From assembly GCA_042564205.1 (NCBI GenBank), contig JBHPLN010000003.1, positions 20,290 through 84,289 on the forward strand: a stretch of 64,000 nt of DNA, in the 5' to 3' direction. How positions within the stretch are numbered: the first letter of the stretch is position 1; each line of letters begins with the position of its first letter. This DNA is from Fidelibacterota bacterium (GTDB lineage: Bacteria; Fidelibacterota; Marinisomatia; Marinisomatales; JAHJCW01). The notes under the pieces were generated by a model. It was given only the letters and a program-made list of their open reading frames with translations. It did no database searches and was not told the DNA's origin. Made by a program: the position numbers and the translations under genes. This document shows, one piece after another, positions 40,664-51,283 of the stretch.

Positions 40664-42373
40664 TTACTGAAGATTACTTCTATTTATAGTAAACGAATTG
40701 ATTATTTCGTTATCAATGCTGATTATTTCAAATCTTAGTGTAGGATCTGCCTTCTTGGTATTAATGGTTAATAATCCAAAAGATTGTTTCTCATTATATC
40801 CAAATAGAGATGTTGGTATTAGCTCATGAAAATTTTGATTTGTAAGTCGTGAGCTAGTGAATTCATATAATGAATAACTGCTTTCCCTTTTTATTTCCCA
40901 TGCATCTGAGCGGTGCCGGTCAGCTGAAAGTAGAATCACCCCATCTACCCTATTATCAGAAATAAAATCAAAAATCTCTTTTCGCTCACTGTGAAATCCA
41001 TTCCATGTATCTTTAGCATCTTTTTTAGCTGCAAACGACCAAGGCACAGGTGACGCTATAATTTTAAATACTGCAGTTGAATTTTTTAATGATTCTAATA
41101 GCCATGATTTTTGTGCTGAACCTAACATTGTTGGATTTTCTAAAAACGGATTAGTCCTGTAAAACCGACCGTCTAGCATAAAGAATTCGACATCACCGAT
41201 ACTAAAATTAAAATAAGTAGCAGGCCATTCTTCGCTACCATAAAATGGATTAATCCAGTTTTCCTTAAAATTTTCAAGAAGCGGTAATTTCCAAGCAGGT
41301 TTATCTTTATATGGACCTAGCCAAACATCATCTGTGGCTGCATCATGATCATCCCAAATAGCGTAGTTTGATAGAGAAGAGACTAGCTTCTTAAAGTCAG
41401 GTCGAGATTGACGACGATAGTAGGTGTAATAGTGAACTCCATTTGGGTTTTCAGGCATATTAATATATACGTTATCACCCATCCATAAAAATGCTAAAGC
41501 TTGTTTTTTACGTATTGTATTCCAGATTCTTTCGTTTTCTGGAACAAATCCTGCCCCACCCCCGAACGCTACAGATATTTGAGTACTATCACTTCTAGAC
41601 GGAAAAGTAGAAAATGAATGTATATCATTTTCAGCTAGTTCCCCATCGATGAGAACCTCATAAAAGTATACCTCATCAGAGTCTAATTCATTAAGAGTAA
41701 CAATAGCTGTATAATCTGCATTTGCACTGCTTTTTTGTATATTGGAATATTGCCAATTACTCATAGAACTACTATGACTTGCTCTAATTTGAACCGTACT
41801 TTCATTTAGTGTCCTAACCCAGAAACTGGCACTATGATCTGTTACTTTTCCCACCATAGGACCATGTAGTAAAGGAAAATTAAAATTGGAAGCATATTTT
41901 TTAAATTCAACTGTTTCAGTGAGTGGCTTTAATACATCACGAGGTCCTACTAAATAACGAGTAAAAGGTAATCCTTTTTCAACAGATTCCTTCATTATTC
42001 GAACTGCTTCTTCAATTTTATCTTGATGAGCGAGTGCAACTGCAAGATTAAACAACGATTCGAGATCATAAGGATCCTTCACCAGCAATTCTCTACAATA
42101 AGTGATAGCATCCTCGATCCTTCCTTCAACAATATCTAGCATTTGTCTCTGTCCGCGGCGTTTGTAGTAGTTGTTTATGTGTTCAGTGAAAAAGCGACGA
42201 TTCCACTCGTTTTCACTACCATAGAAAGGATGTTTTTCACCTTCCAGATACGCTTCTTGAGGAGCAAATTCACCCATTCTCTCAGATCCAAGTTTTACAG
42301 GTTTTTTATCTTGACAACCTATATAAATCAATAGGAAAAGCATGCATAACAAAATTTTGATAAGCTTATTCAT
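40664..42373 (-). CDS. PhoD-family metallophosphoesterase lipoprotein with N-terminal TPR-like region
   Basis: YIGC leader; HGPMVGKVTDHSASFWVRT, MGDNVY, IWDDHD, LDGRFYR, SADRH. Confidence 0.85.
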   Translation of the reverse strand: MNKLIKILLCMLFLLIYIGCQDKKPVKLGSERMGEFAPQEAYLEGEKHPFYGSENEWNRRFFTEHINNYYKRRGQRQMLDIVEGRIEDAITYCRELLVKDPYDLESLFNLAVALAHQDKIEEAVRIMKESVEKGLPFTRYLVGPRDVLKPLTETVEFKKYASNFNFPLLHGPMVGKVTDHSASFWVRTLNESTVQIRASHSSSMSNWQYSNIQKSSANADYTAIVTLNELDSDEVYFYEVLIDGELAENDIHSFSTFPSRSDSTQISVAFGGGAGFVPENERIWNTIRKKQALAFLWMGDNVYINMPENPNGVHYYTYYRRQSRPDFKKLVSSLSNYAIWDDHDAATDDVWLGPYKDKPAWKLPLLENFKENWINPFYGSEEWPATYFNFSIGDVEFFMLDGRFYRTNPFLENPTMLGSAQKSWLLESLKNSTAVFKIIASPVPWSFAAKKDAKDTWNGFHSERKEIFDFISDNRVDGVILLSADRHRSDAWEIKRESSYSLYEFTSSRLTNQNFHELIPTSLFGYNEKQSFGLLTINTKKADPTLRFEIISIDNEIINSFTINRSNLQ

Positions 42374-44111
42374 ATTCTCGACCCCATTTTGGATACACGA
42401 CGGTTGTATTGACTTGTTTATGTTTCTTTAATTCGTCTTTTGATTTTCGTGTAGAGTAAGAAAGGTCATCAATATATACGTCAACATATTTTCCACCTTT
42501 CCGCGGATTTAATAAACCAAATCGATTAAAAGTAGATCCTGCACTTCGCTGTTCAGATGTTAAATCAACTGTAAATGATTCCTCACCAAGTGCAAAAGTA
42601 ATTCGCCCAGCTGCAATGTTCGGATTATATTCGAAAGTAAATGGACGTCTAATCCGATCAGGAATGTAAATCGAACCGCGGTATTCCGTAGATATATCCT
42701 GACGCGGAGAACATACAGCGGTAAAATTATACCCAAATCTTGTTTGATCCATTACTTCTAAACCTAAAAATTGATCCGGTGGATTCCCCTTATATTCTCC
42801 TGTAATATCAGATAATTTTCCCTTTTTATTGAAGTAACCTAATAACATACGACCATCAACCGCTCCTTCAACAAAATTGATCATACCTGAAAATTTAATT
42901 GGATCTTCAAGTGTAAGCTTGCCAATATCCACCGCGTAATAACCATGGAGCGGATCCTTGACTTCAGTTCCCCAAAACCTACCTCCTATTTCACCGGGAT
43001 TATCTCCAGACCAGTTTGTATTCGTGAAACCAAAATTTTGACGTGCATGAAAATCATCTTCTTTAAAAGTCACACGATTATTAAATCCCTGCCAGTACGG
43101 ATCTTGTGATAAATCAATTTTTTTATTGTTCACTATTAAATCTGATACATAAAATTTGAGACTTCCGGTATATATCTGCATATTCCAAAATCCAAAACGA
43201 TTGATAATTGTTGGTAATTCTTGGTGCCCAGGTATAAGAAAATAACTGACCGATTCACCGTCAAATGTAAAGGTAACCTTTCCTTTGATTTTCTCTGGTT
43301 CGAGTTCTTTATCCCATAAGTGAAATTTTCCCTTTCTATACCAATCATCCACAAGTCCTTTATCTCTAGCCTCAAAAAGCATCTCAAGCAATTTTTCTTT
43401 AGTCATTGAAGGTTCGAGTTCTTTAAATGACTTTAAGAGGGTATCGGTATGAATATTGGTTTTTCCTTCAGGAAATAAATCTGGTATCCGTGGATCAGGC
43501 CAATCGTAATCGGCAACAGTGATATGGGGTTCATACTTAAGCTCCCATTCGTGTACAGAACCATCACCTGGGATTGCTAGGTCAGGATTTAAAATTGCGC
43601 CACTAGCTTTACCAGTTTTATAGTCAAGATGAAAACGACCTATCCCTTCTGTATATGGCTCAATTCCTTTTTTTATTTTACCAATTCTAACACCACAGGA
43701 AGACCAGACCCTCCAACCTTGTCTTTCAGCATTAAAAAATCCAAAGTAGAATCCAAATCCTTCATCTTTAGGAGCAATTATAGATATTTTACCAGATGCA
43801 CTAAATTTGTCCTTAAACGTTAAAGGATCCCCGAGAGGCATGGCATAAAATGATGGTGTAGTAGATCTCCATATTGTTCCACCAATTTCCCCAATCCCAG
43901 AACCGTTATTGTTTGTGGGTGCCCAACCGAAATTTTGTGTTATTTCAGGACAATCATCGCAGATAACCCTATTATTAACGTTTTCCCAACCTGGATCTTC
44001 ATCGAAACTTTCGCTCACAACGATGATCTCATCATGGTGCTGTCCTACTAAACTAAAATATGGTAAAAAAAATATAAAAAGCGCAAAATAATATTTTGAA
44101 ATTCTATTCAT
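42366..44111 (-). CDS. Secreted hypothetical protein with internal domain duplication
   Basis: Two copies of DPxW..NNRV...QNFG..T.....GEIGG..W and NRFG..N...Y..DL. Confidence 0.75.
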   Translation of the reverse strand: MNRISKYYFALFIFFLPYFSLVGQHHDEIIVVSESFDEDPGWENVNNRVICDDCPEITQNFGWAPTNNNGSGIGEIGGTIWRSTTPSFYAMPLGDPLTFKDKFSASGKISIIAPKDEGFGFYFGFFNAERQGWRVWSSCGVRIGKIKKGIEPYTEGIGRFHLDYKTGKASGAILNPDLAIPGDGSVHEWELKYEPHITVADYDWPDPRIPDLFPEGKTNIHTDTLLKSFKELEPSMTKEKLLEMLFEARDKGLVDDWYRKGKFHLWDKELEPEKIKGKVTFTFDGESVSYFLIPGHQELPTIINRFGFWNMQIYTGSLKFYVSDLIVNNKKIDLSQDPYWQGFNNRVTFKEDDFHARQNFGFTNTNWSGDNPGEIGGRFWGTEVKDPLHGYYAVDIGKLTLEDPIKFSGMINFVEGAVDGRMLLGYFNKKGKLSDITGEYKGNPPDQFLGLEVMDQTRFGYNFTAVCSPRQDISTEYRGSIYIPDRIRRPFTFEYNPNIAAGRITFALGEESFTVDLTSEQRSAGSTFNRFGLLNPRKGGKYVDVYIDDLSYSTRKSKDELKKHKQVNTTVVYPKWGREYE

Positions 44112-44142
44112 AATATTTCTAAATCCTTAATAGTAATTAAAG

Positions 44143-45579
44143 TCAAAGTAAATCAAAACTAAATAACTGCGTTTTTTTCATCTTAAATTCAAGACGAACA
44201 GGTTTCCCTTTAATTTTATCTAAATTGTTATCCCATTTTACGGTATGGGTGATAGAGTCTCCCCTTAGCTCTATCCAATCATATCCTTCAATAGGTTTGC
44301 GTTCTGCATCAAGTAATCGTACTCTGCAATCACCAAACACATTTGCATTAACTGTAATAGAATTGCCATTTAAAACAAGTGGTTTAGTAATAAGAAAACC
44401 TTCAAATAGGTCGGCATCACGGCTTACATACCTGTCTCGAAGCATACTCGCAAAACCAGTATGACGCTCATTGAATCGATTTATTTTATGACCACGCTCA
44501 TATCCGGCATAATATATATAAGTTTCGTTGCCAACTACTATTTGTTCATCACCCCAAGCCATAGCATGATCAAAGGTACCCGGAACGGGATTTCTATCAA
44601 GGAACGGTTCATGATCACGTTGCCATGTTACGCCGTCTCTACTCCAAGCTAATACAGTATATCCTATACCTGCAGCTTTCCTTTTCAAATCACCCATTTC
44701 TTTTGTTGTTTTACCATATGTGGCATTTAAATCATCACGCAATATTTTTACTAATCCAATTAATAAATCACCCCGTACTGTAATACCTGACATTGCATAA
44801 AATTGGGTTTCACCTTGTTCTATAGGTACGCCTACTTTTGGTTCAAAAATAGGTTGGATATCCCCCCAGTTAATCAAATCCTTACTGAAATTCTGATGTG
44901 GAATACGGCGTCTATCATCGTTCTGTTGGAAATGCGATTTATCTTCATATCCCGTACGTCTATTAGAAGCAATTGCAATATAGTGTTGTCTAATAGGGTC
45001 CCAATGAAAACTAGATATATCATGATTGTGCAAAAAAACCGGTTTATCAGATATTAAAGTCCAGTCAAATCCATCAGGTGAAGTAGATATTCTAAAGCCC
45101 GGTCTTAAATATGTACCAAGAATATATCTTTCATTAGGTTTTACATAATACTTTCCACGATCAACGACAGAAACACCAAACTGGATTTTATGGGGATCTT
45201 CTAATACGCGGTGAGGACGAATCCAGTTTATACCATCCTTAGATTCCATATAACCAATATGGCAACGTGACGTTTCGATAGTATCGATAGGTGTATTATA
45301 CCACATCCGGAAAATGTCCCTTTCTTCATCGAAAATCACACTGAGATATGGTTGCCACTGCTGGTCTTTATTCCAACCACTCCATACGATTGGATCAGGC
45401 AGTTTAGTGGGATTATTTATTGTTCTGTTAAGAAGATATTGATCCTCAATAAGAAAATCATCAATAAATAAGTGAGGGCCAGTGTTCAATGTAATTGAAT
45501 CAATATTTTGTTGCTGACACCCTAAATACAATAGTGCGAATGTAGCAAGCAATATGATTGTGGGAGTTTTAGATATCAT
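44143..45579 (-). CDS. Putative beta-propeller glycoside hydrolase-like lipoprotein
   Basis: YLGC leader; PHLFIDD, FRMWY, SKDGINW, SPDGFDW, SKDLINW, SRDGVTW; C-terminal sandwich-like region. Confidence 0.7.
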   Translation of the reverse strand: MISKTPTIILLATFALLYLGCQQQNIDSITLNTGPHLFIDDFLIEDQYLLNRTINNPTKLPDPIVWSGWNKDQQWQPYLSVIFDEERDIFRMWYNTPIDTIETSRCHIGYMESKDGINWIRPHRVLEDPHKIQFGVSVVDRGKYYVKPNERYILGTYLRPGFRISTSPDGFDWTLISDKPVFLHNHDISSFHWDPIRQHYIAIASNRRTGYEDKSHFQQNDDRRRIPHQNFSKDLINWGDIQPIFEPKVGVPIEQGETQFYAMSGITVRGDLLIGLVKILRDDLNATYGKTTKEMGDLKRKAAGIGYTVLAWSRDGVTWQRDHEPFLDRNPVPGTFDHAMAWGDEQIVVGNETYIYYAGYERGHKINRFNERHTGFASMLRDRYVSRDADLFEGFLITKPLVLNGNSITVNANVFGDCRVRLLDAERKPIEGYDWIELRGDSITHTVKWDNNLDKIKGKPVRLEFKMKKTQLFSFDLL

Positions 45580-45590
45580 TGTTTACTCTT

Positions 45591-46487
45591 TTATAGATTT
45601 AATTTTTTAAAGTTTTGAATTAGTATATCTGCTTCCTTTTCACTAATTGCTTCAAGTGGCGGTAGTACATAAGGTTTACAGATACCAAGATGATTCATTA
45701 GTACTTTTAATTCGGGAATAGTTCGTGTCATAGTTTTATTATTTTGAACTAACTCTGAAAGTATCTCAGCTTCTGCTTGGAACTTCAAAGCTTCATCTAT
45801 TTTCCCATTAAAAGCCGCTTCATACAATGAATGAAACAACTTAGGTATAACATTGGCAGTATTAGGTATTATTCCATCAAACCCTATCAAAATCGATTCA
45901 CTTGCCTTATTTGTCCACCCTATAAATAATACAAAATCTTCTCTATCCCTAAATAGGTCTGTCAATTTCTGATGACGCTCCCAGTCCCTCTCCGAATCTT
46001 TTAATCCGACAATGTTCGTGTGGTAACTCAATTTTTCAATAACTTCAACTGGAATGGACATGTGTGTGATTGATACAATATTATATATCATTATCGGTCT
46101 AGGAGAATTATCTGCAAGATTCTCAAAGTATTTGAGCATCAGATCGTTGTTTAATGGAAAAAAATAGGGTAAATGTGCTACCAATACATCAACTCCAAAT
46201 TCCGCAAATTTTTTAGCCGCATTAATAGTATTATCTACGCAGTTATCAGTAATACCGGCAAAAAGAGTTTTCCTTCCATTAACTTTTCTTGCTGCAATCT
46301 TTACTAATTTTTCTCTGTTTGCGTGAGAGTTCGAGGCTATTTCGCCCGTTGTTCCAAGTATAAATGGATAATTTTTTGCGTCGATAACAAAATCGATTAA
46401 TCGTTCAACAGAAACTTCATCAATTTGTCCAGTTTCCGTTACTGGCGTTACTAATGGTGCGATAACTCCAGAGTACTTTTTTTTCAT
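45591..46487 (-). CDS. DHDPS/NAL-family aldolase or dehydratase
   Basis: APLVTP, LGTTGE, IYNI, VGLKDS (Schiff-base Lys). Confidence 0.88.
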   Translation of the reverse strand: MKKKYSGVIAPLVTPVTETGQIDEVSVERLIDFVIDAKNYPFILGTTGEIASNSHANREKLVKIAARKVNGRKTLFAGITDNCVDNTINAAKKFAEFGVDVLVAHLPYFFPLNNDLMLKYFENLADNSPRPIMIYNIVSITHMSIPVEVIEKLSYHTNIVGLKDSERDWERHQKLTDLFRDREDFVLFIGWTNKASESILIGFDGIIPNTANVIPKLFHSLYEAAFNGKIDEALKFQAEAEILSELVQNNKTMTRTIPELKVLMNHLGICKPYVLPPLEAISEKEADILIQNFKKLNL

Positions 46488-46521
46488 GTCATCTCACATT
46501 ATATCATTTGATTTAACGCAA

Positions 46522-46565
46522 TTCCATCATGAGGACAGTGAAATATTCACTGTCCTCCGATGGAA
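46522..46565. terminator. Strong intergenic hairpin after the TonB receptor gene (terminator or mRNA stabiliser)
   Basis: ttccatc..gaggacagtgaa-ata-ttcactgtcctc.gatggaa; weak U tract. Confidence 0.65.
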
Positions 46566-46586
46566 AACCGTATTAATAGGATATTT

Positions 46587-49364
46587 CTATAGGCTATACT
46601 TTAAGCCGATACGCGTTGACCATGAATAGTATGATATCGAAATTGGACGATCATAAATACCCATGTAATCATATTTAGGTTGATTTGTTATGTTAACCAT
46701 GTCAACGTATAGACTTAGGTTTTTAGTAGCCTTATATGTTCCGGTGAAATCTAGTTGTTCATGATCATTAGAGTACTCATCATGATCTTTATCTTTCCCA
46801 ACTTCTTCAATATACTTACCCTGATAGGCATAACTGAGTCGTGCATTAAATGGACCATGCTCATACGATAGGGCCAAATTACCTGCGTCTCCAGCTTGTC
46901 CCGGCAAGTACCCGCTACGATCAGTTAATTCAGCTTCTGCCCATGTATGCGTATAATTGGCATAAAGTCCAAATCCTGATAATAGGCCCGGAAGGAAGGT
47001 AAGCTCCTGCTGCCAATTCAACTCAAATCCATACAAAGTTGCTTTGCCGCCATTTACTGCATGTTCAATCTCAAACCCTGCCCAAGCTCCTTCATCTAGT
47101 TCATCTTTTCTTTCGAATATAATATCTTTTAGATCCTTATAGAACATTGAAGCAGATACAGTACCAATACCACTTAAATAGTGTTCCGCCATCAAATCAA
47201 TATTAGTAGCCGTGGTTGGTTTAAGATCAGGATTACCGGCACGAATTCTTTCTCTACGATAATCAATTTCATTTTTTGGTGCCAGATCGTAATAATTCGG
47301 TCGAGACATCGCAGTTGTTAAAGCCAATCGCAGTTTCGTATTTGCGGTTAAATCATAGATAAAGTGAATCATTGGAAAAATCTTATTATATTTCTTATCC
47401 AAATTCACGGATTTGAAACTCGAAAAATCACCATCATCATCATAGATTAGCTCAGTGCCCTCGAGATCATTTTGAGTTAATTCATGACGAAATCCACCAA
47501 CAAGTGTTGACTTTCGAATATTAAGACTTACCATGGCATAATATGCCATTACACTCTCATCAATCTTATAAGTTGCTCCTTCAGAATCTGAATAGTCCAA
47601 TTCTATATCAAAATCACCTTTATTATTTTCTATCCAATCCTGAATTTCCTCGTAGTCAAGACCAGGCGGCATTTCATAGTGATCATTCATAAAATCATCT
47701 CTTACACGATCTGATTCGAATTGATCCAACGTGGCATCATCGTCACCATCCCACTGGTAATCATATCTATCGTTGTTACGGTCTTTTGTAGCTTTTGTAT
47801 ATTTCACACCAACTTTTATTTTTGATGGTAAACCAAACAGATTACGTGGCATTTCAAAATTAAATCCGCCAACCATATTGTTTTCATTCGCTCTCTCATT
47901 ACGATAATCGACTGCGTCAGTCTCCCACAAAGATCCATCGTTAACCAGCTCAGGATCAATATTAGTATACTCCCATGTGGGATAAGCGGGATCAGTAAGA
48001 TCTAGCGCTAAATTAACTTTTTCATCGAATTCCCAATCGGTTTGAATACTTGGTAAGTGTTCTTCACCGGCTTCACTATAGCCAAATGTATAATCTAGCG
48101 TATTGTTTCCAAAACGACTCTCACCTCCAAAGGTATAATGACTTTGTAATAGATCTTCGATTCGCCATGAGCTTTCCCGTACCATACGTGATTTTTCTGT
48201 CAATGTACCTTCAGGATTTAAATAGTCTCCTTTATCAACACGTATACGAATTCTGTGACGATGCATGTCATCACTTAATTTGTTCCACATTGCATTCACA
48301 AAAAATCTGTGATCATCGTTGGGACGATATTCAAATGCTCCACCATAGCCAATTATATCCTTAGTATGCTCTACATCATGCATAAAAATATTAGTAAGTG
48401 CATATGGAATAACATTATCATTAACATCCTCTACTTCATCATATTCATATTCCATATTATCATGACTGGTGTTTTTCCTATCAAAATTGGCAATGAGTGA
48501 GATACCCATATTTTGGTTTTTACCAAAACGATTACTGTAATTTAATTGTCCTTGGTAGATAGGTTGACCATCATGATTAGTGTACCCACTACCTAAAGTC
48601 AATTTCAGTTTGTGTCCCGGGTAATCAAAAGCACTTCTGGTAATCAAATTAACCGCACCACCAATGGAGTTTGCACTCATATCTGGTGTTATAGCTTTCA
48701 CTACTTCAATAAACGACATTTGATTAGAACCAACAACATCAAGCTGTGAATATCGTTGCTCGTTTCGTGATGAAGACAATGCCTCTCCGTTAACTGTAAT
48801 CGTACTAAGGCGTGGTTCAGTTCCGCGTATCATAACATACCGGCCTTGTCCTTGAGCTCGGTCAATGTACACTCCTGGTAAACGCTGCAGAACCTCTGCG
48901 GTATTAGCATCCGGAAATTGTTCCATTAATTCACGTGATACAACATTTTTTATTTTATTAGATTCTCTTTGCATTGAAAGGGCTTTCATTTGTCCTTGTC
49001 GAATTCCCTCAACAACAACGTCCTCCATTTCAACATAGCTTGGGCTCATTTTAATGTCAGTAGTAGTAGAGATGGAACCTGATGTAATTGATATATCACT
49101 TCTATTATCTTCATAGCCGATATATCGAACCAATAGAGTGTAATCTCCACTTGGAATATTGCTAACCCAGAAGATACCTTCACGATCTGTTGTACCTCCA
49201 TAACTAGTTCCTTCAAGCATGACATTAGCACCAGGCAAATATTCACCTGATTGAATATCTACAATTCGACCGTTAATATTTCCTGCCTGTGCATGCAATG
49301 GAGACATCATACTCAATATCATAATAACAAGGAACAGGGTTGATACCTGTTGCATTCTACTCAT
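46587..49364 (-). CDS. TonB-dependent receptor with N-terminal carboxypeptidase-like domain (non-SusC type)
   Basis: LPGANVMLEGT, FPDANTAEVLQRLPGV, YVMIRG, IEVVKAITPD, IGGAVNL, GNPDLKP; start MSRMQ after AAGGAGGA. Confidence 0.93.
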   Translation of the reverse strand: MSRMQQVSTLFLVIMILSMMSPLHAQAGNINGRIVDIQSGEYLPGANVMLEGTSYGGTTDREGIFWVSNIPSGDYTLLVRYIGYEDNRSDISITSGSISTTTDIKMSPSYVEMEDVVVEGIRQGQMKALSMQRESNKIKNVVSRELMEQFPDANTAEVLQRLPGVYIDRAQGQGRYVMIRGTEPRLSTITVNGEALSSSRNEQRYSQLDVVGSNQMSFIEVVKAITPDMSANSIGGAVNLITRSAFDYPGHKLKLTLGSGYTNHDGQPIYQGQLNYSNRFGKNQNMGISLIANFDRKNTSHDNMEYEYDEVEDVNDNVIPYALTNIFMHDVEHTKDIIGYGGAFEYRPNDDHRFFVNAMWNKLSDDMHRHRIRIRVDKGDYLNPEGTLTEKSRMVRESSWRIEDLLQSHYTFGGESRFGNNTLDYTFGYSEAGEEHLPSIQTDWEFDEKVNLALDLTDPAYPTWEYTNIDPELVNDGSLWETDAVDYRNERANENNMVGGFNFEMPRNLFGLPSKIKVGVKYTKATKDRNNDRYDYQWDGDDDATLDQFESDRVRDDFMNDHYEMPPGLDYEEIQDWIENNKGDFDIELDYSDSEGATYKIDESVMAYYAMVSLNIRKSTLVGGFRHELTQNDLEGTELIYDDDGDFSSFKSVNLDKKYNKIFPMIHFIYDLTANTKLRLALTTAMSRPNYYDLAPKNEIDYRRERIRAGNPDLKPTTATNIDLMAEHYLSGIGTVSASMFYKDLKDIIFERKDELDEGAWAGFEIEHAVNGGKATLYGFELNWQQELTFLPGLLSGFGLYANYTHTWAEAELTDRSGYLPGQAGDAGNLALSYEHGPFNARLSYAYQGKYIEEVGKDKDHDEYSNDHEQLDFTGTYKATKNLSLYVDMVNITNQPKYDYMGIYDRPISISYYSWSTRIGLKYSL

Positions 49365-49451
49365 TTCAGTTCCTCCTTTTTTATTGTCACTATTCACTAT
49401 ATTTATCAGTATTCAGTGACATCATTTCTTAATTAAGAAAAATAGTCATTT

Positions 49452-51257
49452 TTATTTGAGATACATCATTTTTGAAACCAGAGCGCCAGATTGCGTTTGT
49501 ACTTTAAAAAAGTAGGTTCCACTCGCAAGTCCTTCTGCTTCAAACCCGATCCTGTGACGCCCTGCTAACTGGTATGAATCCAGAAGTGTTTGAATTTTAT
49601 TTCCAAGAATATCATAGATAGTTATCATTACTTGATTATCATTAATCAGTTGATACGAAATAGTTGTCGTACTGTTAAATGGATTAGGATAATTCGGGTA
49701 GATGAAAAACTCTGTTGGCAGTGTTATTTCTCCTTGATCAGATATATTGAGAAAAGTTCCTTGACCGGATATATTCAGGAAGTATACACTGTTATCTTTA
49801 CTATAACTACCTGTAGAACCAGTGATAACGATATGTCCATCACTGTTTAATATCATTTCACTAGCCCCTTCACTAAATCTTCCGCCAAATTGCTTACGCC
49901 ATAGTTCCTCACCGTCAATATCTGTTTTTATTACAAAGATATCGGAATACTCGAAAGGTGGTGCGATTATTACCTCGATATTCCCGGCTATTATAATACC
50001 ATCATCTACAATGAGGACGTTTGAAGCTCCGTCTCGATATGTTTCACCAAATGCAGAATTCCATAATTCATTGCCTAATTCATCTGTTCCAATCAAAAAC
50101 ATGTCCGTTGCACCCGGTCCGAATCCGATAGCATAACCTGTAATTGCATAACCGCCATCAGGAAATTCTGCTACATCAGATCCACCGTCTCTATCTGAGC
50201 CACCATAGGTTTTATCCCAATCTAAATTTCCATTAGCATTAAGTTTTAACAGCCAAATATCCTGGCCACCAGCTCCCTTGCTATCTGTTTTACCAACAAT
50301 TGCATATCCACCATCTGATGTATTTATGACTTCACTTGCCGATTCACCTCCATTTCCACCATAGGTCTCTGTCCAGACTTCATTGCCCTCCTCATCCACT
50401 TTTACAACGTAAATATCTTTATTTGAACCATCATTAAAACTATCCGAATAACCAACTAGTAGATAACCATCATCAGAAGTTTTAACTAACGAGGTGGAAT
50501 TATCGTCCTTTTCTCCCCCATAAGTTTTAGACCATTCTATATTACCTGATAAATCCAGCTTTAATAGGAGTAAATCAGGATCACCGAAATTATCTCTTCT
50601 TGTTTCACCTAACATCATATAATGTTCATCATCTGTTAAAACTATAGCGTTGGCTCCTTCTGAGCGATCTTCATCGACTAGGATATTTGTCCATTCTATT
50701 TCACCGAAAGCATCAGTTTTAACAATATAAATATCATTTACTTCTTCATCCGGATTGGGCGTACTGCCAACGAGGATATAACCACCATCAGGTGTTTCTT
50801 GAATCGATCCTAAACCGCCCCCATCTACACGACCAAATATTCTCTCAAAATAAGGTGGGGAATTAGATACACCTTCACCAAAGATTGGAATAATAGCGGC
50901 CCCATTAGTGGTATTACTTTCTACAGAAATTTCAGCCTCGAATATTTCAATAGCATTTGGAGAAAATACAATATCGAGGATGATACTGCCAGCAATGCCA
51001 AGTGTTATGGATCCAGGATTATCTAAGATACTGAAATTATTATTATCGTCATTAACTATTTGTAAGCTACTTATCGATAGATCATTAACATCTGTATTAT
51101 ATATTATGAGCTGACGCATAGCAGTGCTTGATACGGGTATTTTACCCATGAATAAAGTATCTGGAGAAAACACTGCTAATTGAGCGTGGAGAGTAGTAAA
51201 AGAGAATGATAAAATAAATAATATGATATTTGCAATTTGAATATTTCTATATCTCAT
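49452..51257 (-). CDS. Secreted protein: Ig-like domain, beta-propeller repeats, T9SS-like C-terminal domain
   Basis: Repeats of T.DGGY..VG...DI...K.D..G...W..TYGG; NYPNPFN...SGTYFFKV...KMMYLK. Confidence 0.8.
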   Translation of the reverse strand: MRYRNIQIANIILFILSFSFTTLHAQLAVFSPDTLFMGKIPVSSTAMRQLIIYNTDVNDLSISSLQIVNDDNNNFSILDNPGSITLGIAGSIILDIVFSPNAIEIFEAEISVESNTTNGAAIIPIFGEGVSNSPPYFERIFGRVDGGGLGSIQETPDGGYILVGSTPNPDEEVNDIYIVKTDAFGEIEWTNILVDEDRSEGANAIVLTDDEHYMMLGETRRDNFGDPDLLLLKLDLSGNIEWSKTYGGEKDDNSTSLVKTSDDGYLLVGYSDSFNDGSNKDIYVVKVDEEGNEVWTETYGGNGGESASEVINTSDGGYAIVGKTDSKGAGGQDIWLLKLNANGNLDWDKTYGGSDRDGGSDVAEFPDGGYAITGYAIGFGPGATDMFLIGTDELGNELWNSAFGETYRDGASNVLIVDDGIIIAGNIEVIIAPPFEYSDIFVIKTDIDGEELWRKQFGGRFSEGASEMILNSDGHIVITGSTGSYSKDNSVYFLNISGQGTFLNISDQGEITLPTEFFIYPNYPNPFNSTTTISYQLINDNQVMITIYDILGNKIQTLLDSYQLAGRHRIGFEAEGLASGTYFFKVQTQSGALVSKMMYLK

Positions 51258-51283
51258 AATATCCCTTTATATAATATTATCCT

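Noticed and set aside
45591-46487. dapA (lysine biosynthesis) call
   Set aside because: Catabolic context without dapB or asd; only the family can be supported.
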